Source of the DNA: a virus
Taxonomy: Duplodnaviria > Heunggongvirae > Uroviricota > Caudoviricetes
Direction: 5' to 3' (one strand)
Length of the DNA stretch: 10,941 nt
IMG/VR virus record: IMGVR_UViG_2563366831_000008
Part shown: in pieces, positions 1 to 7,423 of the stretch
Layout: the number at the start of each line of letters is the position of its first letter
Numbering within the stretch: position 1 is the first letter of the stretch
Notes under the pieces: model-generated
Told to the model about the DNA's origin: nothing
Database searches by the model: none
Seen by the model: only the letters and a program-made list of their open reading frames with translations
Made by a program: the position numbers and the translations under genes

Positions 1-1164
1 TTACGCCTTCTTTATATCCTCCATAATTCCAGAGTGGGACATATTTGGGACATTATCACCAAAAATGTCGTCTATTTTCCTCGCATGCTCTGTCAAATGA
101 TTAGGCGCAAGGTGAGCATACCTACGAACCATTTCTATGGACTCCCATCCGCCCATTTCCTGAAGCACTGATAATGGGACGCCTGACTGAATCAGCCAGC
201 TTGCCCAGGTGTGTCTGAGGTCATGGAAACGGAAATCTTCAATTCCTGCACGACGACAAGCTGATAGCCATGATGTCTTGCTGTCGATGCGCATCTTCCT
301 GACCGCAGGCGTTGATGTTCCATCTGCTCGCTTAGCCGCCTTGGTATGTACAAACACCCATTTGTGATGCTTGCCTATTTGATCACGCAACACTTTACAG
401 GCGGTATCGTTCAGCGCCACACCAATGGCGCGGTTTGATTTGCTCTCTTCTGGATTCACCCAGGCAACTCGTCGCTGCATGTCGATTTGTTGCCATTCCA
501 GATTTATGATGTTCGACTTTCTCAGACCAGTTGCCAGCGCAAACTTGACGACAGATTTCAGTGGTTCGGGGCACTCATCAATAAGGCGTTTTGCTTCCTC
601 CTTTTCCAGCCATCTGACTCGCTTGTTTCTGACCGCTGGTATCTTGATGACAGGCGCTTTTTCCAGCCACTTCCAGTCGCGTTCTGCAGCACGGAGAATG
701 GCCTTTATCATGGCAAGATGCTTTGCCTTTGTCTGAGTTGATACTGGCTTTGGTTCATAAACAGGCGGTTCTTTACCTTTCCTGATGGCGGCCTGAACTT
801 TCTGTTTCCATATTTCTTTCGTCTTTCTGTTATGCATTCTGCTTACAGCAGAGTAAATCTTTGCCTCCGAGATATCTTTAAGCCTTATACCCTCAAAATG
901 TTCAAGCCAGAACTCAATCCGGCTTTTATCTGAATCGAGAGATTTTTTATCAGCTTTTTCCTCAAGCCATCTTAGGCAGGCCTCTTCAAAAGTGACATCA
1001 GGTAAATCCCCTAGCTTTTCTACTCGCCAGAGTTCTGCTTTTCGCTTGTCGTGCAACTCCTGAGCTTGCCGCTTGTCCTTTGTGCCAAGAGATTCCTTAA
1101 TTCGTTTCCCGCCCGGGAGCGAATACGAGGCATACCATATTTCATTTCTGCGGAAGAGTGACAT
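1..1164 (-). CDS. int: Tyrosine recombinase / phage integrase (P22/DLP12-like, not lambda Int)
   Basis: 387-aa ORF; N-terminus [24 protein letters not shown] matches the P22/DLP12 integrase family as I recall it; C-terminal HDLRHT...RYAH catalytic region; SD GAGGAAA 4 nt before ATG at 1164. Stop codon is at the window edge, so attL lies outside the window. Confidence 0.93.
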   Translation of the reverse strand: MSLFRRNEIWYASYSLPGGKRIKESLGTKDKRQAQELHDKRKAELWRVEKLGDLPDVTFEEACLRWLEEKADKKSLDSDKSRIEFWLEHFEGIRLKDISEAKIYSAVSRMHNRKTKEIWKQKVQAAIRKGKEPPVYEPKPVSTQTKAKHLAMIKAILRAAERDWKWLEKAPVIKIPAVRNKRVRWLEKEEAKRLIDECPEPLKSVVKFALATGLRKSNIINLEWQQIDMQRRVAWVNPEESKSNRAIGVALNDTACKVLRDQIGKHHKWVFVHTKAAKRADGTSTPAVRKMRIDSKTSWLSACRRAGIEDFRFHDLRHTWASWLIQSGVPLSVLQEMGGWESIEMVRRYAHLAPNHLTEHARKIDDIFGDNVPNMSHSGIMEDIKKA

Positions 1165-1391
1165 TTTCTTTCCTCTGTTATGCCATCACCCGCGCTCACC
1201 TGGACAGTATGCAGCGGAGACTGAAGCGCCGCAATGCAGGCTTGCCGTGTTGTGAGGTAAGGAGATTTTGGCTTGGTTGGATCTTTACGTGTTGCCTGTA
1301 GGCGGCCTGTTCGTATCCAGTTGGTGGCGGTTGGTCTGGATATCTTAAGAAACTGACAGGCCTCATCGAGTGTGAGGCTGTATGATTCCAT
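1020..1391 (-). CDS. xis: Excisionase-like protein (Xis)
   Basis: Position immediately upstream of int; start MESYSL... at 1391 with SD GAGG about 6 nt upstream (the ORF track's start at 1421 lacks an RBS). The ORF overlaps the int start by about 145 nt, so the true 3' end is uncertain. Confidence 0.6.
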   Translation of the reverse strand: MESYSLTLDEACQFLKISRPTATNWIRTGRLQATRKDPTKPKSPYLTTRQACIAALQSPLHTVQVSAGDGITEERKCHSSAEMKYGMPRIRSRAGNELRNLLAQRTSGKLRSCTTSEKQNSGE

Positions 1392-1641
1392 GGTTACCTC
1401 TGCTTTTTGAACGCATGTCACGTAACTTCTTAATGTGTTCTGCCGTTTCGATCTCTTCTGCTATCCGATCTGCATCAGCTTTATTCACAGGTTCAAAGTC
1501 ATGATTAAAGCGGAACATGCTGGCGATACATGTTCTGCCTTTTCGGATGTAGTGAACTTTGTTGTGGGTAGAACGCAGGATTTTGCAGGGAGTACCGTGG
1601 TGGTCGACGTACCAGGTGTTAGGAAAAATGATTCTGAACAT
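1363..1641 (-). CDS. Hypothetical phage protein (92 aa)
   Basis: Intact ORF with strong SD GAGGTG 5 nt before the ATG at 1641; overlaps the xis start by 29 nt, consistent with translational coupling in an early leftward operon. No recognisable domain. Confidence 0.6.
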   Translation of the reverse strand: MFRIIFPNTWYVDHHGTPCKILRSTHNKVHYIRKGRTCIASMFRFNHDFEPVNKADADRIAEEIETAEHIKKLRDMRSKSRGNHGIIQPHTR

Positions 1642-1688
1642 TTTTACACCTCAGTTGGACGATGTTGAAATTTGCTGCTTTGAGGCCA

Positions 1689-1907
1689 TCACAGTCCCCA
1701 TTGTTTGTTCTTAAGTTCGATCTCCTCCTGGCAACTTGCACAAGTCCGACAACCCTGAACAGCCAGGCGTCTTCGCTCATCTATCGGATCGCCACACTCA
1801 CAACAATGAGTGGCAGATACAGTCTGGTAGTTCAGACGACGCATTTTTATTGCTGTATTGCGCTGTAATTCTTCGATTTCTGATGCTGAATCAATTATGT
1901 CTGCCAT
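1689..1907 (-). CDS. DksA/TraR-family C4-type zinc-finger protein
   Basis: 72-aa ORF with CxxC-N17-CxxC (CCECGDPIDERRRLAVQGCRTCASC), typical of phage TraR-like proteins; weak SD. Confidence 0.8.
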   Translation of the reverse strand: MADIIDSASEIEELQRNTAIKMRRLNYQTVSATHCCECGDPIDERRRLAVQGCRTCASCQEEIELKNKQWGL

Positions 1908-1962
1908 CTTTCATTAATCCCTGAATTGTTGGTTAATACGCTTGAGGGTGAATGCGAATAAT

Positions 1963-1984
1963 AAAAAAGGAGCCTGTAGCTCCC
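1963..1984 (-). terminator. Rho-independent terminator candidate (minus strand)
   Basis: On the minus strand: hairpin GGAGC-tacag-GCTCC followed by TTTTTT; lies between the 2006..2287 ORF and the TraR-like gene. Confidence 0.5.
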
Positions 1985-2005
1985 TGATGATTTTGCTTTT
2001 CATGT

Positions 2006-2287
2006 TCATCGCTCCTTAAAGACGCCGTTTAACATGCCGATCGCCAGACTTAAATGAGTCGGTGTGAATCCCATCAGCGTTACCGTTTCGCGGTGCTTCT
2101 TCAGTACGCTACGGCAAATGTCATCGACGTTTTTATCCGGAAACTGCTGTCTGGCTTTTTTGATTTCAGAGTTAGCCTGACGGGCAATGCTGCGAAGGGC
2201 GTTTTCTTGCTGAGGTGTCATTGAACAAGTCCCATGTCGGCAAGCATAAGCACACAGAATATGAAGCCCGCTGCCAGAAAAATGCAT
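2006..2287 (-). CDS. Hypothetical phage protein (93 aa from ATG 2287; alternative start at 2221 gives 71 aa, MTPQQENALRS...)
   Basis: Open frame in the early leftward operon; neither candidate start has a strong SD, so the start is uncertain. Confidence 0.5.
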   Translation of the reverse strand: MHFSGSGLHILCAYACRHGTCSMTPQQENALRSIARQANSEIKKARQQFPDKNVDDICRSVLKKHRETVTLMGFTPTHLSLAIGMLNGVFKER

Positions 2288-2297
2288 TCAGTGGTTG

Positions 2298-2489
2298 TCA
2301 TACCTGGTCTCTCTCATCTGCTTCTGCTTTCGCCACCATCATTTCCAGCTTTTGTGAAAGGGATGCGGCTAACGTATGAAATTCTTCGTCTGTTTCTACT
2401 GGTATTGGCACAAACCTGACTCCAATTTGAGCGAGGCTATGTGCCATCTCGATACACGTTCTTAACTCAACAGGAGATGCTTTGTGCAT
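2298..2489 (-). CDS. Small phage protein, lambda orf61-like (63 aa)
   Basis: Same size and position as the lambda ORF upstream of orf60a, and overlaps the next ORF by 28 nt as in lambda; G-rich SD 4 nt before the ATG. Confidence 0.6.
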   Translation of the reverse strand: MHKASPVELRTCIEMAHSLAQIGVRFVPIPVETDEEFHTLAASLSQKLEMMVAKAEADERDQV

Positions 2490-2644
2490 ACAGCCCCCCG
2501 TTTATTATTTATCTCCTCAGCCAGCCGCTGTGCTTTCAGGGGATTTCTGATAACAGAAAGGCCGGGAAATACCCAGCCTCGCTTTGTAACGGAGTAGACG
2601 AAAGTGATCGCACCTACCCGGATATTATCGTGAGGATGCTTCAT
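2462..2644 (-). CDS. Small phage protein, lambda orf60a-like (60 aa)
   Basis: Protein [19 protein letters not shown]... matches my recollection of lambda orf60a; its ATG overlaps the exo stop as ATGA (2641-2644), the lambda arrangement. The ORF track start at 2650 (MAM...) is two codons further upstream. Confidence 0.7.
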   Translation of the reverse strand: MKHPHDNIRVGAITFVYSVTKRGWVFPGLSVIRNPLKAQRLAEEINNKRGAVCTKHLLLS

Positions 2645-3321
2645 CGCCATTGCTCCCCAAATACAAAACCAATTTCAGCCAGTGCCTCGTCCATTTTTTC
2701 GATGAACTCCGGCACCATCTCGTCAAAACTCGCCATGTACTTTTCATCCCGCTCAACCACGACATAATGCAGGCCTTCACGCTTCATACGCGGGTCATAG
2801 TTGGCAAAGTACCAGGCATCTTTTCGCGTCACCCACATGCTGTACTGCACCTGGGCCATGTAAGCCGATTTTATTGCCTCGAAACCACCGAGCCGGAATT
2901 TCATGAAATCCCGGGAGGTAAACGGGCATTTCAGTTCCAGGCCGTTGCCGTCACTGCATAAACCATCGGGAGAGCAGGCGGTGCGCATACTTTCGTCGCG
3001 ATAGATGATCGGGGATTCAGTAATATTCACGCCGGAAGTGAATTCAAACAGGGTTCTGGCGTCGTTCTCGTACTGTTTTCCCCAGGCCAGCGCCTTAGCA
3101 TTAACTTCCGGAGCCACACCGGTGCAAACCTCAGCCAGCAGGGTGTGGAAGTAGGACATTTTCATGTCAGGCCACTTCTTTCCTGAGCGGGGCTTTGCTA
3201 TCACGTTGTGAACTTCTGAAGCGGTGATGACGCCGAGCCGTAATTTGTGCCATGCATCATCCCCCTGTTCGACAGCTCTCACGTCGATCCCGGTACGCTG
3301 CAGGATAATGTCCGGTATCAT
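2641..3321 (-). CDS. exo: Lambda exonuclease (Red-alpha), 5'-3' dsDNA exonuclease
   Basis: 226-aa protein essentially identical over its length to lambda Exo as I recall it ([40 protein letters not shown]...GFVFGEQWR); overlaps the bet stop by 4 nt. Confidence 0.97.
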   Translation of the reverse strand: MIPDIILQRTGIDVRAVEQGDDAWHKLRLGVITASEVHNVIAKPRSGKKWPDMKMSYFHTLLAEVCTGVAPEVNAKALAWGKQYENDARTLFEFTSGVNITESPIIYRDESMRTACSPDGLCSDGNGLELKCPFTSRDFMKFRLGGFEAIKSAYMAQVQYSMWVTRKDAWYFANYDPRMKREGLHYVVVERDEKYMASFDEMVPEFIEKMDEALAEIGFVFGEQWR

Positions 3322-4103
3322 GCTGCCACCTTCTGCTCAGTGGCTTTCTGTTTCAGGAATCCAAGAGCTTTCACTGCTTCGGCCTGTGTCAGTTCTGACG
3401 ATGCGCGAATGTCGCGGCGAAATATCTGGGAACAGAGCGGCAATAAGTCGTCATCCCATGTTTTATCCAGGGCGATCAGCAGAGTGTTAATCTCCTGCAT
3501 GGTTTCATCGTTAACCGGAGTGATGTCGCGTTCCGGCTGACGTTCTGCAGTGTATGCGGTATTTTCGACAATGCGCTCGGCTTCATCCTTGTCATAGATA
3601 CCAGCAAATCCGAAGGCGAGACGGGCACACTGAATCATAGCTTTATGCCGTAACATCCGTTTGGGATGCGACTGCCACGGCCCCGTGATTTCTCTGCCTT
3701 CGCGAGTTTTGAATGGTTCGCGGCGGCATTCATCCATCCACTCGGTAACGCAGATCGGATGATTACGGTCCTTGCGGTAAATCCGGCATGTACATGATTC
3801 ATTGTCCTGCTCAAAGTCCATGCCATCAAATTGCTGGTTTTCATTGATGATACGGGACCAGCCATCAACGCCCACCACCGGAACGATGCCGTTCTGCTTG
3901 TCAGGGAAGGCGTAAATTTCTTTCGTCCACGGATTAAGGCCGTACTGGTTGGCGACGATCAACAATGCGATGAACTGCGCATCGCTGGCATCACCTTTAA
4001 ATGCCGTCTGGCGAAGAGTGGTGATCAGTTCCTGTGGGTCGACAGAATCCATGCCGACACGTTCAGCCAGCTTCCCAGCCAGCGTTGCGAGTGCTGTACT
4101 CAT
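3318..4103 (-). CDS. bet: Lambda Bet (Red-beta) single-strand annealing protein
   Basis: 261-aa protein matching lambda Bet ([37 protein letters not shown]...), same length and context. Confidence 0.97.
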   Translation of the reverse strand: MSTALATLAGKLAERVGMDSVDPQELITTLRQTAFKGDASDAQFIALLIVANQYGLNPWTKEIYAFPDKQNGIVPVVGVDGWSRIINENQQFDGMDFEQDNESCTCRIYRKDRNHPICVTEWMDECRREPFKTREGREITGPWQSHPKRMLRHKAMIQCARLAFGFAGIYDKDEAERIVENTAYTAERQPERDITPVNDETMQEINTLLIALDKTWDDDLLPLCSQIFRRDIRASSELTQAEAVKALGFLKQKATEQKVAA

Positions 4104-4108
4104 CCGTT

Positions 4109-4405
4109 TTATACCTCTGAATCAATATCAACCTGGTGGTGAGCAATGGTTTCAACCATGTACCGGATGTGTTCTGCCATGCGCTCCTGAAACTCAACAT
4201 CGTCATCAAACGCACGGGTAATGGCTTTTTTACTGGCCCCGTGGCGTTGTAAATGATCGATGCAGAGTGATTCAAACAGGTGCTGGGGCAGGCCTTTTTC
4301 CATGTCGTCTGCCAGTTCTGCCTCTTTCTCTTCACGGGCGATCTGCTGGTAGTGACGCGCCCAGCTCTGAGCCTCAAGACGATCCTGAATGTAATAAGCG
4401 TTCAT
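4109..4405 (-). CDS. gam: Gam, RecBCD inhibitor (98-aa GamS form)
   Basis: [60 protein letters not shown]... matches lambda Gam from the internal start codon onward. Confidence 0.93.
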   Translation of the reverse strand: MNAYYIQDRLEAQSWARHYQQIAREEKEAELADDMEKGLPQHLFESLCIDHLQRHGASKKAITRAFDDDVEFQERMAEHIRYMVETIAHHQVDIDSEV

Positions 4406-4478
4406 GGCTGAACTCCTGAAATAGCTGTGAAAATATCGCCCGCGAAATGCCGGGCTGATTAGGAAAACAGGAAAGGGG

Positions 4479-4622
4479 TTAGTGAATGCTTTTGCTTGAT
4501 CTCAGTTTCAGTATTAATATCCATTTTTTATAAGCGTCGACGGCTTCACGAAACATCTTTTCATCGCCAATAAAAGTGGCGATAGTGAATTTAGTCTGGA
4601 TAGCCATAAGTGTTTGATCCAT
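4479..4622 (-). CDS. kil: Kil (host cell-division/FtsZ inhibitor), 47 aa
   Basis: [47 protein letters not shown] matches lambda Kil; it is the C-terminal 47 codons of the 89-aa track ORF; overlaps cIII by 32 nt as in lambda. Confidence 0.9.
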   Translation of the reverse strand: MDQTLMAIQTKFTIATFIGDEKMFREAVDAYKKWILILKLRSSKSIH

Positions 4623-4755
4623 TCTTTGGGACTCCTGGCTGATTAAGCATGTCGATAAGGCGTTTCCATCCGTCACGTAATTTACGGGTGATTCGTTCAA
4701 GTAAAGATTCGGAAGGGCAGCCAGCAACAGGCCACCCTGCAATGGCATATTGCAT
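4591..4755 (-). CDS. cIII: CIII (FtsH/HflB inhibitor that stabilises CII), 54 aa
   Basis: [54 protein letters not shown] is near-identical to lambda CIII; SD AAGGAG upstream of the ATG at 4755. Confidence 0.93.
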   Translation of the reverse strand: MQYAIAGWPVAGCPSESLLERITRKLRDGWKRLIDMLNQPGVPKNGSNTYGYPD

Positions 4756-4816
4756 GGTGTGCTCCTTATTTATACATAACGAAAAACGCCTCGAGTGAAG
4801 CGTTATTGGTATGCGG

Positions 4817-4835
4817 TAAAACCGCACTCAGGCGG
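4817..4835 (-). terminator. Hairpin / possible attenuator at the ea10 stop codon
   Basis: Minus strand CCGCCTGAGTGCGG followed by TTTTA; the ea10 stop lies in the loop. Lambda has regulated RNA structure upstream of cIII; the function here is uncertain. Confidence 0.3.
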
Positions 4836-5196
4836 CCTTGATAGTCATATCATCTGAATCAAATATTCCTGATGTATCGATATCGGTAATTCTTATTCCT
4901 TCACTACCATCCATTGGAGGCCATCCTTCCTGACCATTTCCATCATCCCAGTCGAACTCACAAACAACACCATATGCATTTAAGTCTTTCGAAATTGCTA
5001 TAAGCAGAGCATGTTGCGCCAGCATGATTAATACAGCATTTAATAAAGAGCCGTGTTTATTGAGTCGGTATTCAGAGTCTGACCAGAAATTATTAATCTG
5101 GTGAAGTTTTTCCTCTGTCATTACGTCATGGTCGATTTCAATTTCTATTGATGCTTTCCAGTCGTAATCAATGATGTATTTTTTGATGTTTGACAT
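4828..5196 (-). CDS. ea10: Ea10-like early protein (122 aa)
   Basis: Size (122 aa) and position (immediately pL-proximal to cIII) equal lambda ea10; assignment is by context and size, as I do not recall the lambda Ea10 sequence. Confidence 0.7.
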   Translation of the reverse strand: MSNIKKYIIDYDWKASIEIEIDHDVMTEEKLHQINNFWSDSEYRLNKHGSLLNAVLIMLAQHALLIAISKDLNAYGVVCEFDWDDGNGQEGWPPMDGSEGIRITDIDTSGIFDSDDMTIKAA

Positions 5197-5361
5197 CTAT
5201 TCATATCCTCATAGATAAAAAATCGCCTTCACACTGGAGGGCAAAGAAGATTTCCAATAATCAGAACAAGTCGGCTCCTGTTTAGTTACGAGCGACATTG
5301 CTCCGTGTATTCACTCGTTGGAATGAATACACAGTGCAGTGTTTATTCTGTTGTTTATGCC

Positions 5362-5387
5362 AAAAATAAAGGCCGACTATGCGGCCT
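5362..5387 (-). terminator. Rho-independent terminator candidate (minus strand)
   Basis: Minus-strand hairpin AGGCCG-catagt-CGGCCT followed by TTTATTTTT, 5 nt downstream of the stop of the 5392..5841 ORF. Confidence 0.55.
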
Positions 5388-5391
5388 GAAA

Positions 5392-5841
5392 TTACTTAAC
5401 CAATGATGCTGCATATTCGATAAGGTAAAGCTTTGGGGCCAGCCAAATTTTTAACCAAGTCATATTGGTTACTACACCAATAATAAAAATCCCCCACAGA
5501 GTCAAAACTCCAACCAATGGCATGATAAGAAGATTAATATCACCTTTGCTATCCCAAACCATTGTCGGCCTGTATTTGGGATTTCCTTTCTCCCATGAAT
5601 ATCCTTCATCACCGATTTTACCTGTCTCAACTCTTTGGCACTGCTTCTTCATAAACCAGAAAACCAGTGGGATTGTTAGAATGGCCATTAATGTTTTAAT
5701 CAGACTGTCAACCATATTCCATAGCAGCAACTGATGAACAACATCAGGAATCTGTGCCTGGCTAAATGAAACAGCCGCGTCTATTCCATTACTGGCTTTT
5801 TGCAGTAGTTCTACGAGAATCTTGTTTGCTTGTTCTTCCAT
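5392..5841 (-). CDS. Predicted inner-membrane protein (149 aa), possible superinfection-exclusion-type accessory protein
   Basis: Strong SD AAGGTGA before the ATG at 5841; at least two long hydrophobic stretches (LMAILTIPLVFWFM; LLIMPLVGVLTLWGIFIIGVV); flanked by terminators; sits where lambda carries ral/sieB. Confidence 0.7.
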   Translation of the reverse strand: MEEQANKILVELLQKASNGIDAAVSFSQAQIPDVVHQLLLWNMVDSLIKTLMAILTIPLVFWFMKKQCQRVETGKIGDEGYSWEKGNPKYRPTMVWDSKGDINLLIMPLVGVLTLWGIFIIGVVTNMTWLKIWLAPKLYLIEYAASLVK

Positions 5842-5882
5842 ATATCACCTTGATTGTAATAAGCATGAAATTATTTACGGAC

Positions 5883-5911
5883 AAAAATAAAGGCCACCAT
5901 CAGGCAGCCTT
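5883..5911 (-). terminator. Rho-independent terminator candidate (minus strand)
   Basis: Minus-strand hairpin GGCTGCC-tgat-GGTGGCC (7 bp including two G-U pairs) followed by TTTATTTTT. Its 5' flank (CAAAAATAAAGGCC) repeats that of the 5362..5387 terminator. Confidence 0.5.
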
Positions 5912-5980
5912 GTAGTTCTGTTTACCAAGTTCTCTGGCAATCATTGTCGTCGTTCGTATTGTCTACACCATTGATTCTTA

Positions 5981-6067
5981 TCAATAGTCGTAGTCATACG
6001 GATAGTCCTGGTATTGTTCCATCACATCCTGAGGATGATCTTCGAACTCTTCAAATTCTTCTTCCAT
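5981..6067 (-). CDS. Candidate micro-ORF encoding a 28-aa highly acidic, Tyr-rich peptide (MEEEFEEFEDHPQDVMEQYQDYPYDYDY)
   Basis: ATG at 6067 preceded by SD GAGGTGA; 12 of 28 residues are D/E and none K/R; lies 58 nt downstream of N, just before a terminator. Purely sequence-based; could be non-coding. Confidence 0.35.
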   Translation of the reverse strand: MEEEFEEFEDHPQDVMEQYQDYPYDYDY

Positions 6068-6125
6068 ATCTCACCTCAAATAAGTGGTTTGCTGCCTAAT
6101 TTCATTTTCTGGCGACCAACACAAG

Positions 6126-6398
6126 TCATCTTGCTGTCAGTTGTTTGGATTTCCGGTAGCCTGCCGCGTAAAGAGCTACGTTTGGAAGACAAGTTGAGCC
6201 TTCATATTTTCTGGTCAGCGTTGTCAGTGTTATTACTTCTGCTCTCATTGCTGGTTTGCGCTTGCATTGCAAGACCACTCGTGAAGGGGTTGGCCTGTGT
6301 AGCTTGTCGGAGCTGATCGCCTTCTGACTTTGCAGATTTGCGCGACGAGCTCTACGGCGAGAAGCTGCGGTGCCTTTAAATTCTGTTTTTCTGGACAT
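6126..6398 (-). CDS. N: N-type transcription antitermination protein (90 aa), of the 933W/H-19B/phi21 type rather than lambda
   Basis: N-terminal arginine-rich motif MSRKTEFKGTAASRRRARRANLQ and C-terminal ...CLPNVALYAAGYRKSKQLTAR, which resembles Stx-phage N proteins as I recall them; SD GGGAGG before the ATG at 6398 (track ORF start at 6482 has no RBS); first gene after pL/nutL. Confidence 0.85.
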   Translation of the reverse strand: MSRKTEFKGTAASRRRARRANLQSQKAISSDKLHRPTPSRVVLQCKRKPAMRAEVITLTTLTRKYEGSTCLPNVALYAAGYRKSKQLTAR

Positions 6399-6496
6399 AG
6401 ATTCCTCCCGAATAAACTTTGGCGATGCAATCTCGAAGCTCCTCCTGAGACGGTTGCTTCGGCATTGCATCCCACAGCTCATGTGGTTGGGTGATC

Positions 6497-6542
6497 TGGC
6501 TTTTCAGCCACGTAGTCGAGAGTTCGACGTTGTTTAAAGAGC
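6497..6542 (-). promoter_or_regulatory. nutL site: boxA (6530..6542) and boxB hairpin (6497..6510)
   Basis: Minus strand reads GCTCTTTAAACAA (boxA-like, cf. CGCTCTTTAACAA) and, 19 nt downstream, TGGCT-GAAA-AGCCA (5-bp stem with GAAA loop), in the N leader between pL and N. Confidence 0.6.
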
Positions 6543-6588
6543 CTGCCAGTCTGTTCCGTTTGGCTTCCAGCGTCCTGCTGACGGTTAA

Positions 6589-6617
6589 ATAGTACGATAT
6601 GTACTTTATTGTGTCAA
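6589..6617 (-). promoter_or_regulatory. pL promoter candidate
   Basis: Minus strand TTGACA (plus 6612-6617), 17-nt spacer, TACTAT (plus 6589-6594); correctly placed upstream of nutL and N. Confidence 0.5.
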
Positions 6618-6673
6618 TACGATTTGCTCTAAAATGGGGTGATTTTTTATAACACTTTGTATTTAATAGTGTT
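6591..6673. promoter_or_regulatory. OL operator region (candidate repressor-binding palindromes)
   Basis: AGTAC-gatat-GTACT (6591-6605) overlaps the pL -10; AACACT-N11-AGTGTT at 6651-6673. A related motif AGTACatattGTAT occurs in OR (8323-8336). Confidence 0.4.
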
Positions 6674-6808
6674 GTTTTTTAGCGTGGGTGTATTGCCTCG
6701 GCGATGTAAGGAGAGATCAGAATTGCGTGGTTTAGTGAGTTGTATCTATTTATTTTTCAATAAATACATTTGGTTATGTGTCTTTAGGTGGGGGCGTGAG
6801 GCAAAGAA

Positions 6809-6830
6809 AACCCGGCGCTGAGGCCGGGTT
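6809..6830. terminator. Bidirectional rho-independent terminator (tIMM-like)
   Basis: AAAA-CCCGGC-gctgag-GCCGGG-TTTT: 6-bp GC stem with a U-tract on either strand, directly after the stop of the HicA-like gene. Confidence 0.6.
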
Positions 6831-7115
6831 TTAGCTAATGATTTGGAATCCTATATCCTCAAGCGTTGCGTCACCTCTGCATAACGCATGAAAGTGACGA
6901 GCTTTCAGTCCAGCTTGCTTAGCCATGGATTTTATTAAATCTCTGGAGAATGGGGCGTGATGCTTATCAACTGTAACCACCCATTTTCCTTTACTGTTCT
7001 TGAGAACCCACTGTTCGTGAGAGGTTCCTGTTTTAGGTTTCATTTCAAACCCCATTTTCTTAAGTCCCCTGATTACCTCGTCGTATTTCAAAGGAGTAAG
7101 CTTTTTCAAGAACAT
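6831..7115 (-). CDS. HicA-family (YcfA-like) putative mRNA-interferase toxin, 94 aa, with a C-terminal extension of roughly 25 aa
   Basis: Core KYDEVIRGLKKMGFEMKPKTGTSHEQWVLKNSKGKWVVTVDKHHAPFSRDLIKSMAKQAGLK fits the HicA pattern (GxxH motif, basic dsRBD-like fold signature); start is 11 nt after the upstream HicB-like stop. Family call is from motif memory, not a search. Confidence 0.7.
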   Translation of the reverse strand: MFLKKLTPLKYDEVIRGLKKMGFEMKPKTGTSHEQWVLKNSKGKWVVTVDKHHAPFSRDLIKSMAKQAGLKARHFHALCRGDATLEDIGFQIIS

Positions 7116-7126
7116 GTAATGTAACC

Positions 7127-7423
7127 CTAAGCATGAGCATCACAAGGCTCAGCAAAGAGTTTTGCTTCACCTCGTTTTCTGACAAAAACCTGAAATGCAA
7201 TTACCCAATACTTAAGCCACATAGATAAAGGTGCTTTCCGACTTAGTAGTTGTTTTGCATATTCCGGCTCTGATAGCGCTTCAGTGAAAAAATCTTTAAT
7301 CTGCTCATCCAGTTTGTTTACAGCTTCTTTCATAGTATCTGCTTGCGCTGCCAATGACAGGTCTAAACATGCAGCTACGTAAACGCCGTTCTGCTGGTAG
7401 GCCATGCAACGTAAGGTTTTCAT
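7127..7423 (-). CDS. HicB-like (RNase-H-fold antitoxin domain) protein, 98 aa, without a recognisable DNA-binding domain
   Basis: N-terminal GVYVAACLDLSLAAQADTMKEAVNKLDEQI resembles the HicB N-domain signature (beta-strand, then xGxT/EEA helix); strong SD GAGGAGA 6 nt before the ATG at 7423; located upstream of the HicA-like gene. Confidence 0.6.
   Translation of the reverse strand: MKTLRCMAYQQNGVYVAACLDLSLAAQADTMKEAVNKLDEQIKDFFTEALSEPEYAKQLLSRKAPLSMWLKYWVIAFQVFVRKRGEAKLFAEPCDAHA

Noticed and set aside
425-1255. Plus-strand ORFs 425..736, 487..741 and 1073..1255
   Set aside because: Entirely antisense to the well-supported int/xis genes, with no RBS and low-complexity products; typical shadow ORFs.
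1421-1421. Track start for xis at 1421 (MTCVQKAEVT...)
   Set aside because: No SD; the internal ATG at 1391 has a GAGG SD and gives an N-terminus (MESYSL) typical for a small phage protein.
1435-1924. Plus-strand ORFs 1435..1668, 1662..1868 and 1736..1924
   Set aside because: Antisense to the 92-aa and TraR-like genes, which have RBSs and a recognisable zinc-finger motif; the plus-strand frames have neither.
2234-3540. Plus-strand ORFs 2234..2419, 2441..2767, 2650..2961, 3224..3490 and 3247..3540
   Set aside because: Antisense to orf61/orf60a-like, exo and bet, whose products match lambda proteins nearly residue for residue.
3635-4377. ORFs 3635..3868(-), 3831..4142(+), 3949..4221(+) and 4063..4377(-)
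   Set aside because: Alternative frames or antisense within bet and gam; the lambda-matching frames are the real genes.
4479-4827. N-terminal extensions of the kil (89-aa) and cIII (78-aa) track ORFs
   Set aside because: Lambda Kil (47 aa) and CIII (54 aa) start at the internal ATGs; the cIII ATG at 4755 has an AAGGAG SD.
5465-5734. Plus-strand ORF antisense to the membrane-protein gene
   Set aside because: No RBS; sits opposite a gene with a strong SD and coherent transmembrane segments.
6014-6482. ORFs 6014..6316(+), 6245..6475(-) and the 118-aa extension of N to 6482
   Set aside because: Overlap or extend the N gene without RBSs; N is best explained as 6126..6398 with a GGGAGG SD.
6420-6590. 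GC-rich, ORF-poor stretch upstream of N that at first looked like a foreign or IS fragment
   Set aside because: It is the N leader: it contains the boxA and boxB hairpin of nutL and lies between pL and the N start, as expected for a lambdoid phage.
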